Numbered from the stretch's first letter, positions 41,532 through 51,106 are shown. The stretch is 64,000 bases of DNA from Candidatus Eiseniibacteriota bacterium (GCA_963707915.1 OY970178.1:832001-896000), one strand, 5' to 3'. Notes: generated from the sequence alone by a model not told the origin. Translations and numbers: made by a program.

Positions 41532-44126
41532 CTACGGCCGCGACGCCGCCTGCGCCGGTCGCAGCTCGGTGAAGTAGTCGTCGCCCATCGGGGTCGAGGC
41601 GCTCACGTACCAGGCCGCGCGGCCGCGCGCGTCGAACTGGACGGTCGGGAAGACCGCCACGCCGACCAGCCCGGCCGGCGCCGGCATGATGGTCATCGGA
41701 TAGCGCCGCCACGCGCCCTCCGGCGTGCGCACGTGCAGCCACATCTCACGCACCTCGCCCACGCGCGCCCCGTCGAGCGAGGCCGAGAGCACCGTGGGAC
41801 GGTCGACGGGGATCCGTTCCGGCAGCGCGGCCACGAGCCGCGGGGCGTCCAGGCTCATCCCGAGCTGGATGCTGGCGTAGCGCAGGTTGCCGCCGGGCAG
41901 GTCGATGACCTGCACCGGGGCGTCCTCCTCGCGATAGCGCACGCGGATGCTGTGCGGGCCGCGCGGCAACTCGAGCTTGAGCGGCGTGACTCCGGACAGC
42001 TGGCCGTCGATCCACACCTGCGCGCCGGTGAGCGGCTCGGAGCCGGTCTCGTCGGCGAGCGTGGCGCGCACCTCGAGCACCCCGGTCGCGGGCGATGCGA
42101 TGGGCTGCGCCGCGAGCTCGACGGTGCGGTTCACGTGGACCTCGACCGTCTGCTCCCACGGGGCCACGCCCGGTCCCGAGAACTGCAGGCGGTGGATGCC
42201 TGGCTGGAGCTGCTCCACGTCCAGCGGGGCGTAGCCGCGCTGCATGCCGTCCACCGCGACCGAGATGGGCACGCTGCTGCCGGGCACGGTGACCTTCAGG
42301 GAGCCCCACAGTTCGGCGTCGACCGTCACCCGCTGGCCGCGCCGGCCGTTCACGGTGTGCTTCGAGCCGCCGACCCCCGAGAACGACAGGACGACCTCGT
42401 GCGTGCCGGGCTTGAGTTCCAGCGTCGCCGGGGTGCGCCGGGCCTGGTCGATGCCGTCCACGGCGATCCAAGCACCCGAGGGGCGGCTGGCGACGGTCAC
42501 CTCGTAGCGGGCGGGACCGAAGCCGATCGCCTTGAGAGCGGAGCCGGCGCTCCGGACCGCGCGCGAGAAATCCACCTGGCCGACGAACCAGCCGCCGGCG
42601 AAGAGCGCGACCACCACCGCGACGACGAACCACCGTCCCTGCCAGAACGGCCGCCCGTCCGACCTCGTGGATTCCTCGGCGTCCGGCCACGCCGGCCGGC
42701 GCACGACCGGTCGTGGGCGGAGGCCCGGGAGCGGATCGGCCCCCGCCGTCGCGATCGACTCGTCGTGCGGTCGCGGATCCGGCGCGGACTCGAGGCGCGC
42801 CGTCGATCCTTCCGCAGCGGGACCGGCGGCCACGACCGGCTCGCCGGCCGGAGCCGGCTCGGTGCCCGCGGGCACGGCCACCGCCGGCGGATCGAGCCGC
42901 TCGGATCCGGTGGGATGGACCAGGCCGGTGGCTTCGGGCTCCGGATCGAACGCCGCCATGGGACCCAGGTCGAACGGATCGACCGACGGCCCGCGCCCGG
43001 CGGCCGCAATCTCCGATCCGTCCGGAGCGTCGAGCACCGCGGCGCCGGTCGCCGGTGCATCCGCGAGCTGCGCTTCGGGCAGCGCGTCGCCGGTCGCCGG
43101 TGCATCCGTGAGCTGCGCTTCGGGCAGCGTTTCGCCGGTCGCCGGCGCATCCGCGAGCTGCGCTTCGGGCAGCGCTTCGCCGGTCGCCGGCGCATCCGCG
43201 AGCTGCGCTTCGGGCAGCGCGTCGCCGGTCGCCGGTGCATCCGTGAGCTGCGCTTCGGGCAGCGCCGCGGCGATCGACGGCACTTCGGCGACCTCCGCTC
43301 GGGGTTCCGGAATCAGGTCCGGCACTCCCGGGACGTCGTGCGCGATGGATTCCGGCTGCGCACCTCCGCGCCTTCCGGGACTGGTGAGTCCGTCCATCCA
43401 GCTGCGGAAGTGCCAGGCCCCGCGCTGCCGGGCAGGCGTCGGCACGAGTTCGCCCTCGGAAGGCGTCGCGGGCACGGCGTCGACCGCCTCCGCCGCGCGA
43501 TCGAGGCTCCCGGTCGCAGCCGACGACCCTGCTTCGCCGGGGTTCTCGGAGGATCCGGTCGGATGGCCCGGCCAGCGGGCTTCGATCTCGCCGGCACCGG
43601 GCTCCGCTCCCGCAGCGGACACGGGCCAGTGGACCCTCGCCTCCAACGCCAGGCGCGCATCGACGACCAAGGCCCGGGCGTGCCTTCCCTCCAGATCACG
43701 GACCAGGATCCACTCCGGCTCGACCACCCGGCCATCGAGCAGGACCTCGACCCGCCCCGGGCCGGTCCAACCGAAGGCGACGGAGGGGCCGGCCGCCACG
43801 CAAGCGATCGTGCACGGGGCGCCCTCCCGGACCCCACCCCAGAGCTCCGATTCGTAGAACAGGAGGCCGCTGAGCGCCTGGTGCAATGTGCGCGGGATGG
43901 GGATGGAAGTTGCCGGGTCCGGCAGGGCGGGCGACTCGCTGCCGGTCGTCCCGGCCACGCTGATGAGCTCGCTTAGCCAGGTCGCGACGTCGGCGGGGGC
44001 GAACCCCGGCGGGCTGCCCAGGAAGCCCAGTTCGAGCCCCTGTCCCCCTGCCCTGACGGCCAGAGCGTCGCCGTCGGAGCGGACCAAAACGGTCCACCGG
44101 GCCATCGGGATCACTACCTGCTCCAT
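41532..44126 (-). CDS. PEGA-domain bitopic membrane protein with acidic repeat linker
   Basis: TM WFVVAVVVALFAGGWFVG; three PEGA-like units (SRPSGAWIAVDG..RTP..PGTHEV; VDG..GYAP..PGIHRL; GAQVWIDG..GVTP..GPHSI). Confidence 0.8.
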   Translation of the reverse strand: MEQVVIPMARWTVLVRSDGDALAVRAGGQGLELGFLGSPPGFAPADVATWLSELISVAGTTGSESPALPDPATSIPIPRTLHQALSGLLFYESELWGGVREGAPCTIACVAAGPSVAFGWTGPGRVEVLLDGRVVEPEWILVRDLEGRHARALVVDARLALEARVHWPVSAAGAEPGAGEIEARWPGHPTGSSENPGEAGSSAATGSLDRAAEAVDAVPATPSEGELVPTPARQRGAWHFRSWMDGLTSPGRRGGAQPESIAHDVPGVPDLIPEPRAEVAEVPSIAAALPEAQLTDAPATGDALPEAQLADAPATGEALPEAQLADAPATGETLPEAQLTDAPATGDALPEAQLADAPATGAAVLDAPDGSEIAAAGRGPSVDPFDLGPMAAFDPEPEATGLVHPTGSERLDPPAVAVPAGTEPAPAGEPVVAAGPAAEGSTARLESAPDPRPHDESIATAGADPLPGLRPRPVVRRPAWPDAEESTRSDGRPFWQGRWFVVAVVVALFAGGWFVGQVDFSRAVRSAGSALKAIGFGPARYEVTVASRPSGAWIAVDGIDQARRTPATLELKPGTHEVVLSFSGVGGSKHTVNGRRGQRVTVDAELWGSLKVTVPGSSVPISVAVDGMQRGYAPLDVEQLQPGIHRLQFSGPGVAPWEQTVEVHVNRTVELAAQPIASPATGVLEVRATLADETGSEPLTGAQVWIDGQLSGVTPLKLELPRGPHSIRVRYREEDAPVQVIDLPGGNLRYASIQLGMSLDAPRLVAALPERIPVDRPTVLSASLDGARVGEVREMWLHVRTPEGAWRRYPMTIMPAPAGLVGVAVFPTVQFDARGRAAWYVSASTPMGDDYFTELRPAQAASRP
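43043..43265. repeat. 45-bp coding tandem repeat, five copies, encoding (A/T)LPEAQL(A/T)DAPATG(D/E)
   Basis: CGCCGGTCGCCGGYGCATCCGYGAGCTGCGCTTCGGGCAGCG recurs at 43043, 43088, 43133, 43178 and 43223. Confidence 0.95.
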
Positions 44127-44180
44127 GGGCCTTCCTCTCGGGCAAACCAGCCGGGCGCAACCAACAACATCCGCCCGCCC

Positions 44181-44210
44181 AACCTACCTAAGGTTGGACG
44201 CAAGTGTCAA
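44181..44210 (-). promoter_or_regulatory. Putative sigma-70 promoter of the PEGA gene
   Basis: TTGACA-N18-TAGGTT. Confidence 0.6.
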
Positions 44211-44225
44211 CGAATAACGGACTTG

Positions 44226-44241
44226 TGGCCCAAGACTTGCT
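44226..44241 (+). promoter_or_regulatory. Putative sigma-54 (-24/-12) promoter upstream of the mltD-like gene
   Basis: TGGCCCAAGACTTGCT versus consensus TGGCACNNNNNTTGCW; exact GG-N10-GC spacing. Confidence 0.6.
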
Positions 44242-44399
44242 CACCTTCCAGCATCCGGCCATTCGCCGATGTCCGCGGAGAGTCGGCCACCGGAGGGTGG
44301 AGCGCACGATTCGATTTGCATCTAGTGTGCCGCCTGCCTACCTTGCTTCAACGAATGAGCTCTGGCTTGAATGACCCCGACGACGGGAGTGACGTGGCC

Positions 44400-46286
44400 A
44401 TGCCGGTCCGTGCCTCCATCCTGAAGACCATGGCTGTCGCCCTGGCCCTGGGCTTCCTGCCAGGTCTGCCGGCCGTCGTCTCCGGGGCGGAGGGCACCGG
44501 CCCGCCCTTGTCCTTCCCCGCCGCCGATTCCCTGCGCGACCCCGCAAGCGGGCTGCGGTCGGCCTACGAGACGGCGCTGCAGCAGCGCCAGGCGGGCGAC
44601 CCGGCCTCGGCGCTGCGCACCATCGAGTCGGTCCTCTCGGGGCTCCAGGCCAGCCTGGCCGAATCGGGGAACTCCGGCCGGACCGACCTCGCGGAGCTCG
44701 AGGCCCGGCTCTCGGCCCTCTACGACGCCACCCGCCAGGACCTGCCGAACGTCCAGGTCGAGCCCGGCAACGAGGCCGACGAGACCGTCCTCAACGCCGC
44801 GGCCATCGATGCGCTCGGCACCATCGAGCCCCAGGACCACGAGCTGGTGACCCGCTGGCTGGATTTCTTCATGGGTGCCGGGCGTTCGACCTTCGAGCGC
44901 TGGCTCAAGCGCTCGGGCCGCTACATGGACCTCTTCCGCTCGGTGCTGCAACGCGAAGGCCTGCCGCCCGACCTCGTGAACCTGGTGTTCGTGGAGAGCG
45001 GCTTCAACCTGAATGCGCGCTCGGTCTCGGCGGCCGTCGGGCCCTGGCAGTTCCTGAAGAGCACCGGGAAGTTCTTCGGCCTGACCGTCGACCAGTGGGT
45101 GGACGAGCGCAAGGACCCCGAGAAGGCGACCGTCGCGGCGGCCCGCTACCTGAAGCACCTCTACGGCATCTTCGGCGACTGGCCGCTCGCGCTCGCCTCC
45201 TACAACGCCGGTGAAGGCACGGTGCTGCGCGCCATCAAGGCGCAGGGCACGACCAACTACTGGGACCTCAAGCTGCCGCGCCAGACCGAGGACTACGTCC
45301 CGCAGTTCATGGCCGCGTTGACGATCGCCCGCGATCCCGCGCGCTACGGCTTCGACTCGGTCGAACTGGACGACCCGATGGCGTTCGACGAGGTCGCGCT
45401 CAAGGGACCGGTGGACCTGCGCGCGGTGGCCCGCCTGGCGGAGTGCTCCTACGAGGAGCTCAAGGCGCTCAATCCCGCCGTGCTGCGCACCGCGGCCAAG
45501 GGTTCCGGCGGCATCGTCATGCTGCGCGTGCCGCCCGGCAAGGGCGGCGCGATCATGCAGCGCCTGCAGAGCGGCGAGCCACTGCCCACCTTGAACCTCA
45601 CGCTCCAGCACACCGTGCGCAAACGCGAGACCCTGCAGTCCATCGCGCGCCAGTACTCGGTGGACGCCCGCGACCTCGCCCGCATCAACGGCATCGGCAG
45701 GAAGCGCCCGCTGAGGCGCGGCATGCTGATCACCGTGCCGGCCTCGATGCGCGCACCGGCGACCGAGTTGATCGACCCGGCGAACGACCCGCGCGCCTCC
45801 ACCGCCTACGTGCCGCCGCGCGACCACGGCCGGCCCGCCACCCTCGAGGGCTTCTCGACCACCGAGGGCCGCACCGCCATCACCGTGGAGAAGGGCGAGA
45901 CGCTGGCCTCGATCGCCGAGCGCTACGGCGTGAGCACGCAGGACCTGATGCGCTGGAACCGGCTCAAGAGCGCACGGGTGAAGCACGGGATGCGCCTCAA
46001 GGTCCGCACTCCCGAGGCGGTCGCGGCCGACAGCGCCCGGAACGACTCGGCGCAGATCGCCGCCCTCAAGGCACCGAAGCCCCGCAGCGCGACGTCGCGC
46101 GCCAAGGCGACGGAGCCGCACCGCCGCTCGCCGGGCCGGGCCAACGTGAGCCACACCGTGCGCAGCGGCGAGACGCTCTCCAGCATCGCGCGCCAGCACG
46201 GCATCACCGTGGCCGCGTTGCGCAGGGCGAACGACCTCGGCACGTCCCGGATCCGCGCGGGCCAGAGACTTCGCCTCCCGGTCTGA
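44400..46286 (+). CDS. MltD-like lytic transglycosylase with three LysM domains
   Basis: VESGFN, AVGPWQF, DERKDPEKAT, LASYNAGEG, TEDYVP; LysM repeats ETLQSIA, GETLASIA, GETLSSIA. Confidence 0.92.
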   Translation: MPVRASILKTMAVALALGFLPGLPAVVSGAEGTGPPLSFPAADSLRDPASGLRSAYETALQQRQAGDPASALRTIESVLSGLQASLAESGNSGRTDLAELEARLSALYDATRQDLPNVQVEPGNEADETVLNAAAIDALGTIEPQDHELVTRWLDFFMGAGRSTFERWLKRSGRYMDLFRSVLQREGLPPDLVNLVFVESGFNLNARSVSAAVGPWQFLKSTGKFFGLTVDQWVDERKDPEKATVAAARYLKHLYGIFGDWPLALASYNAGEGTVLRAIKAQGTTNYWDLKLPRQTEDYVPQFMAALTIARDPARYGFDSVELDDPMAFDEVALKGPVDLRAVARLAECSYEELKALNPAVLRTAAKGSGGIVMLRVPPGKGGAIMQRLQSGEPLPTLNLTLQHTVRKRETLQSIARQYSVDARDLARINGIGRKRPLRRGMLITVPASMRAPATELIDPANDPRASTAYVPPRDHGRPATLEGFSTTEGRTAITVEKGETLASIAERYGVSTQDLMRWNRLKSARVKHGMRLKVRTPEAVAADSARNDSAQIAALKAPKPRSATSRAKATEPHRRSPGRANVSHTVRSGETLSSIARQHGITVAALRRANDLGTSRIRAGQRLRLPV

Positions 46287-46436
46287 CGCCGGACGGGCAT
46301 CGCGGCGCCGGACGGCGGCTCTCCTGCTCGGCCGGGGGACGCCCACATGGCGAGGGGCCGGGCAGGGGCCCGGTGCGCCCGGCCGCTCGCCGTGCCGCCC
46401 ACCCCTCGGGACCCGGATCGCGCCTTCCCTACCGCC

Positions 46437-47708
46437 TCAGTGCATCGACTCCGGGCCGTCGACCACGCCCCCGGCCGGCACGTCGCCGTCGAACTCCCGC
46501 TCGGTGACGTAGGCGCCGATGCGCGCGTTGCGCCCGACCCGGATGTCCTTCGGGACCACCGCGCCCTTGCCCACCACCAGCAGTCCGCTCGAGAGGTGCC
46601 CGGGGCAGGCCCGGTTGGGGGTATTGGAATCCCCGTGGCCCAGCAACGCGCCGTCCCCCACCCGGACCTCCTTGTCGACGATGGCGTGGTCCAGCACCGC
46701 GCCGCGCCCGACCACGACGTCGTTCATCACGATGCTGTCGCGCACCACGGCGCCCGGTTCCACCGTCACGCCGGGGAACAGCATCGAGTGCTCCACCCTG
46801 CCGGCGATCCGGCAGCCGTTGGCGACGAAGCTGCGCGCCGCCCGGCCGCCCCGCTCGAAGTAGACGGGCGGACGGTCGGCGGTCTGCGTGTGGATCACCC
46901 AGTCGGGATCGGCGAGGTCGAGCGGCGGGCTCGGCGCCAGGAAGTCCAGGTTGGTCCGGTAGTACGAGTCGAGCGTCCCGACGTCCTGCCAGTAGTCCTT
47001 GAACCGGTGCGCATGGACGTGCTCGCCACGCTCCACCAGCCGCGGCAGGATGTCCTTGCCGAAATCGTGCCCCGAGTCCAGCATCTCGGCGTCCTCCGCC
47101 AGACAGCGCACCAGCGAGTCCCGCTCGAACAGGTAGACGCCCATCGAGGCGAGGCGCGAGTCCGACCGCTCCGGCTTCTCCCGGAAGCCGGTCACGCGCC
47201 CGGACTTGTCGGTCTCGAGGATGCCGAACGAGCTGATCGACTCGGCCGGCACCTCGGTCACCGCCACCGTCACCGCCGCGTGGCTCGCCCGGTGGAAGGC
47301 GTAGAGCAGGTTGTAGTCCATCTTGTAGACGTGGTCGCCGGAGAGGACGAGCACCTGGTCGGTCCGGCGTCGCCGGAGGTGGATCAGGTTCTGGTAGATG
47401 GCGTCCGCCGTGCCCTGGTACCAGTCGCTCTGGATCGAGCCGAGCGAGGGCTGCAGCAGCTGGATGCCGCCACGATTCCGGTCGAGGTCCCACGGCCGGC
47501 CGAGACCGATGTGCTGGTTGAGCGACAGGGGCCGGTACTGCGTGAGCACGCCGATGTCGAAGATGCCCGAGTTCACGCAGTTCGAGAGCGTGAAGTCGAT
47601 GATGCGGTACTTGCCGCCGAACGGCACCGCGGGCTTGGCGCGACGCTCCGAGAGCAGGCACAGCCGGCTCCCCAGCCCGCCCGCCAGGATGAACGCGTAG
47701 CGCGACAT
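46437..47708 (-). CDS. glgC: Glucose-1-phosphate adenylyltransferase (catalytic type)
   Basis: [57 protein letters not shown]. Confidence 0.95.
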   Translation of the reverse strand: MSRYAFILAGGLGSRLCLLSERRAKPAVPFGGKYRIIDFTLSNCVNSGIFDIGVLTQYRPLSLNQHIGLGRPWDLDRNRGGIQLLQPSLGSIQSDWYQGTADAIYQNLIHLRRRRTDQVLVLSGDHVYKMDYNLLYAFHRASHAAVTVAVTEVPAESISSFGILETDKSGRVTGFREKPERSDSRLASMGVYLFERDSLVRCLAEDAEMLDSGHDFGKDILPRLVERGEHVHAHRFKDYWQDVGTLDSYYRTNLDFLAPSPPLDLADPDWVIHTQTADRPPVYFERGGRAARSFVANGCRIAGRVEHSMLFPGVTVEPGAVVRDSIVMNDVVVGRGAVLDHAIVDKEVRVGDGALLGHGDSNTPNRACPGHLSSGLLVVGKGAVVPKDIRVGRNARIGAYVTEREFDGDVPAGGVVDGPESMH

Positions 47709-47709
47709 C

Positions 47710-48966
47710 TCAGACCCTGCCCTCGTACCACGCGCGGCTCGGCAACGTGCTGCCCGCGGCGATCTCGCGGGGCAGCGCGGCGAAGTCGGCGTGGAGCCCC
47801 ACCACCACCGCCCGGCCCAGGCGGGCGCCCGGCGGGATCTCCGCGTCCTTGCCGACCAGGGTGAGGCCGTCGAGCCAGGCGTGCGCCGGATCGTGCGGAC
47901 GCTCGCCGCAGCCCACCACCGCGCCGGCACCGACGGTCACGTGCTTGTCGAGGATGGCGCGGTCGACCTTCGCCCCCGCTCCGATGCGCGTGTCCGGGTA
48001 CACGATCGAATCGGTGACTTCGGCCCCGCGCTCGACCACCACGCCCGGGAAGAGCACCGAGCGCCGCACCCGCCCGGACACCTGGCATCCGTTGGCGACC
48101 AGGCTCTCCTCGGCGTCGGCGTCCTCGCCCAGGCGCACGGGCGGACGCTCCTCGTCGCGCGTGAGCACCGGCCAGCGCGGGTTGAGCAGCTCGAGGCGCG
48201 GCGCCGGCGCGATCAGCTCCAGGTTCGCGCGGTAGTACGACGCCACCGTGCCGACGTCGTCCCAGTAGCCGTTGAACTCGTGGACGTGGACCGGCTCGCC
48301 CGCCTTCAGCAGCGGCTCGATCACCCCCGCCACCAGGTCCGCCGGCCGGTCGCGGAGCAGTTCGCCCAGGGCCGCGGTCTCGAACAGGTAGACGCCCATC
48401 GAGGCGTGAGTGGCCTCGGTGCGCATCGGCTTCTCCTCGAGCCGCGTCACCCGGCCCTCCCGGTCGAACTGGACCATGCCGAAGCGCCGCGACTCCTGCG
48501 GCAGCACGCGGGTGACCGCCAGGGTCACCGTGGCGCCGCGCCGCTCGTGCACCATGAGCATGCGCCGGTAGTCCATGCGGTAGACCTGGTCGCCGGAGAG
48601 CACCAGCACGCGCGCCACGCCCAGCGCCTCGATGCGGTCCCAGTTGCGGGCGATGGCATGGGCGGTGCCCTGGTACCACTCGGAATCGCTGCGGGTGAGG
48701 TAGGGCTGCAGCATCTCGACGCCGCCGCCGCGGTGGTCGAAGCCCCACGGCCGTCCGGCCCCGATGTGGTCGTGGAGCGAGGCCGGCGCGTGCTGGGTGA
48801 GCACGCCGATCTGGGTGATCTCCGAGTGGCAGCAGTTGCTGAGGACGAAGTCGATGACCCGGTACTTGCCCCCGAACGGCACGGCGCTCACGGCCCGCTC
48901 CGCGGTGAGGACGCTCAGGGCCCGGCCACCGCCCCCGGCCAGCACCAGTCCGACCATGCGCCGCAC
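47710..48966 (-). CDS. GlgC paralogue with altered catalytic motif (GlgD-like subunit)
   Basis: LAGGGGRAL and [13 protein letters not shown] in place of GxGxRL and RAKPAV; the remaining GlgC motifs are present. Confidence 0.85.
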   Translation of the reverse strand: MRRMVGLVLAGGGGRALSVLTAERAVSAVPFGGKYRVIDFVLSNCCHSEITQIGVLTQHAPASLHDHIGAGRPWGFDHRGGGVEMLQPYLTRSDSEWYQGTAHAIARNWDRIEALGVARVLVLSGDQVYRMDYRRMLMVHERRGATVTLAVTRVLPQESRRFGMVQFDREGRVTRLEEKPMRTEATHASMGVYLFETAALGELLRDRPADLVAGVIEPLLKAGEPVHVHEFNGYWDDVGTVASYYRANLELIAPAPRLELLNPRWPVLTRDEERPPVRLGEDADAEESLVANGCQVSGRVRRSVLFPGVVVERGAEVTDSIVYPDTRIGAGAKVDRAILDKHVTVGAGAVVGCGERPHDPAHAWLDGLTLVGKDAEIPPGARLGRAVVVGLHADFAALPREIAAGSTLPSRAWYEGRV

Positions 48967-49009
48967 GCCGCTCTCCCGGGTTCGAGGGTGGAAAGAGGGT
49001 TCCGCGCGC

Positions 49010-49039
49010 AGACTAGGAACCCGCCGGGGGACAAGTCAA
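49010..49039 (-). promoter_or_regulatory. Putative sigma-70 promoter of the glg pair
   Basis: TTGACT-N18-TAGTCT. Confidence 0.6.
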
Positions 49040-49091
49040 GCGTAGCGGGGCGGAACCGGCGCTGGCCGAGCGACGGCCGGGGCCGTCCGCG

Positions 49092-50213
49092 TCACCAGGA
49101 GAACGACGCCGAGACCAGGTGCGTGAGGTCCAGGTTCGTGTCGTCGGGGAACTGCTTGTCGTTCGCCGCGAAGAAGCGGTGCAGCTGCGCGGCGTAGTCC
49201 ACCCCGACCTGCTTGTAGCGCACGCCGGTGCCGAACGCGAGGTCCTTGGCGTTCGCGCCGGCGCGCAGGGCGAGCATGCTCCGGTACCAGTACTCGACCC
49301 CGGTGCGCACGTCCCAGGTCAGCGTGCCCAGGCTCACTTCCGCGTCGGCGCTGCGGTGCTCGAAGCCCCAGGCCAGGTCCACCGCCCAGGTCAGCGCGTG
49401 CCGGTCGGCGGGATGGAACGTGAACGCCGCGCCGGTGTCGAGCGTCGGGGCGATGAGCTCGCGCGTGCCGTTGCTCCAGACCAGGTAGGTGGTGGTGAGG
49501 TCGTGGAACACCGCGCCCAGCGTCACCGCGTCGGACGGCATGTACATCACCCCCGCATCGAGACCCGCCCCGAACGAGGTCACGTGCTGCCCGAACGTCG
49601 TGTCCGGGATGCTCTGGCGCACGAACTTGAGGCTCCCCCCGAACGACCACCGCGTCCCGCGCTGCCGCGCGTAGGAGAGCAGGACCGCCAGGTCGCTGCT
49701 GCTGGCCATGTAGAGGTCCTCGGGCTTGAGCAGCAGGCGCTCGCCCCTCTCCCACACGCTGTCGGCCTGCCCGCCGCCGGGTGTGGTCGGGTCGTTGTCG
49801 GTCCCGTAGTCGAGGAAGTCGATGCCCGGGCGCAGCGCTCCGGGACGCGGCGTGATCGGGATGTCGTCCACCGCGAACCGCAGGACGCCCACGCCGAAGG
49901 CGGCGTTGCGCGCCTTGTCACCGCCGGAGCCGCCGAGCGGCCAGACTCCGCCGAGATAGTCGTGGTTGGCGAGGTTGCCGAACTTCTCCTGGTGCTGCGG
50001 GATCACCTCGCGATAGGGCAGGAAGACCATGCCCGCGGGATTCCAGTACGGCGCGGTCGCGTCGTCCGCCACGGCCGTGAAGGCCCCGCCCATGCCGAGC
50101 GCGCGGGCGCCCACCTGGATCTTGAGGAACTCGCCGGCGTACTTCGTGGCCCCGGCGGGCGCCGCCAGGAGGAGGCTGCCGAGGAATGCGGCGAGGAGGG
50201 CGTGGCTACGCAT
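49092..50213 (-). CDS. PorV/PorQ (FadL-like) outer-membrane barrel protein
   Basis: Signal peptide; FLKIQVGARALGMGGAFTAVADDATAPYWNPAG; C-terminal strand THLVSASFSW. Confidence 0.8.
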   Translation of the reverse strand: MRSHALLAAFLGSLLLAAPAGATKYAGEFLKIQVGARALGMGGAFTAVADDATAPYWNPAGMVFLPYREVIPQHQEKFGNLANHDYLGGVWPLGGSGGDKARNAAFGVGVLRFAVDDIPITPRPGALRPGIDFLDYGTDNDPTTPGGGQADSVWERGERLLLKPEDLYMASSSDLAVLLSYARQRGTRWSFGGSLKFVRQSIPDTTFGQHVTSFGAGLDAGVMYMPSDAVTLGAVFHDLTTTYLVWSNGTRELIAPTLDTGAAFTFHPADRHALTWAVDLAWGFEHRSADAEVSLGTLTWDVRTGVEYWYRSMLALRAGANAKDLAFGTGVRYKQVGVDYAAQLHRFFAANDKQFPDDTNLDLTHLVSASFSW

Positions 50214-50255
50214 CGAACGGACCTCATGGTGAACGGAGCCGGACCAATGAGACCG

Positions 50256-50285
50256 AGCCTACGGGCGCGCTCGTTCAGATGTCAA
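50256..50285 (-). promoter_or_regulatory. Putative sigma-70 promoter of the PorV-like gene
   Basis: TTGACA-N18-TAGGCT. Confidence 0.6.
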
Positions 50286-50874
50286 CCGCCCGGGGGATGG
50301 AACGCCACTGCGGGAAGCTCGCGGTTCCCAGGCCGCGCGCGATGCGCCAGCCACCGTGCAAGCGCACCAGCTCGTGTCCGGTCTGGAAGCGCTGTTCCGC
50401 CATCGCGCCCAGCGGACGGAACCGCACTTCGTAACTCACGTAGAGCCTCCCGGCCGCGACCGGCAGCGAGCGGAAGCTCTCGAGCCGGACCTCGCGCGTG
50501 GGCGGCATGAACCACAGCATCCCGGGGAACGGCTGCCCCTCGGTGCCCTCGAGCACGCACTCGCCCGCCGTCGCCGCGTCGCCGTCCCGCAGCGCGGACC
50601 AGTACGTGGCCAGGGTGGCGCTGGGCGTGCGGAACCGCGGGTCCACCACGCAGCGTTCACCCTGGCCGAGAAGCGCGAACGCCGCGATCCCGACCAGGGC
50701 GAGATGTCGAGCACGGATGCGTTTATGCGGAACAACAGTCTCCCCGTCCCCCCATTGACGGTCACCATGACCTACACCGGATGGCGTGGCGGTTGTTCCG
50801 GAATTCTCGGCCCCCCCGTCGGCCACGGGCGTCGCGCTGGCGGAAAGGCGGGGTGGCAGGCGGTCCAGTTGCAC
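50275..50874 (-). CDS. Hypothetical exported protein, possibly NTF2-like; true start unclear, probably near 50736
   Basis: Basic plus hydrophobic signal KRIRARHLALVGIAAFALLG; TPSATLATYWSALRDGD...ELVRLHGGWRI pattern. Confidence 0.55.
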   Translation of the reverse strand: MQLDRLPPRLSASATPVADGGAENSGTTATPSGVGHGDRQWGDGETVVPHKRIRARHLALVGIAAFALLGQGERCVVDPRFRTPSATLATYWSALRDGDAATAGECVLEGTEGQPFPGMLWFMPPTREVRLESFRSLPVAAGRLYVSYEVRFRPLGAMAEQRFQTGHELVRLHGGWRIARGLGTASFPQWRSIPRAVDI

Positions 50875-51106
50875 GGCAGGCTCCTCCGACCCGGGCGGGC
50901 CCGGGGCTACGCAAGGCGCTCCATGCCGGCACGCGCAGACCCTCGTGGGCTACGGTCTTCCAATTGAAGGAGAGCGCACGAAGCGTTCCCGGCGGGGAGC
51001 CGGGAGGAGAAGCCACGCGCGGCCCGCCGGAGCGGGACGCGCGCATGCTCAAGTCCTTGGGCGGACTTGGATTCGGACGATCCGGGAACGTCTACCCGAA
51101 GCGGGC

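Noticed and set aside
43043..43265. Possible CRISPR array
   Set aside because: Contiguous in-frame repeats without unique spacers; no cas genes in the window.
44140..44165. c-di-GMP-I riboswitch-like GGGCAAACC...CGCAA
   Set aside because: Lacks the GAAA-capped stem and the second hairpin; lies upstream of the predicted plus-strand promoter.
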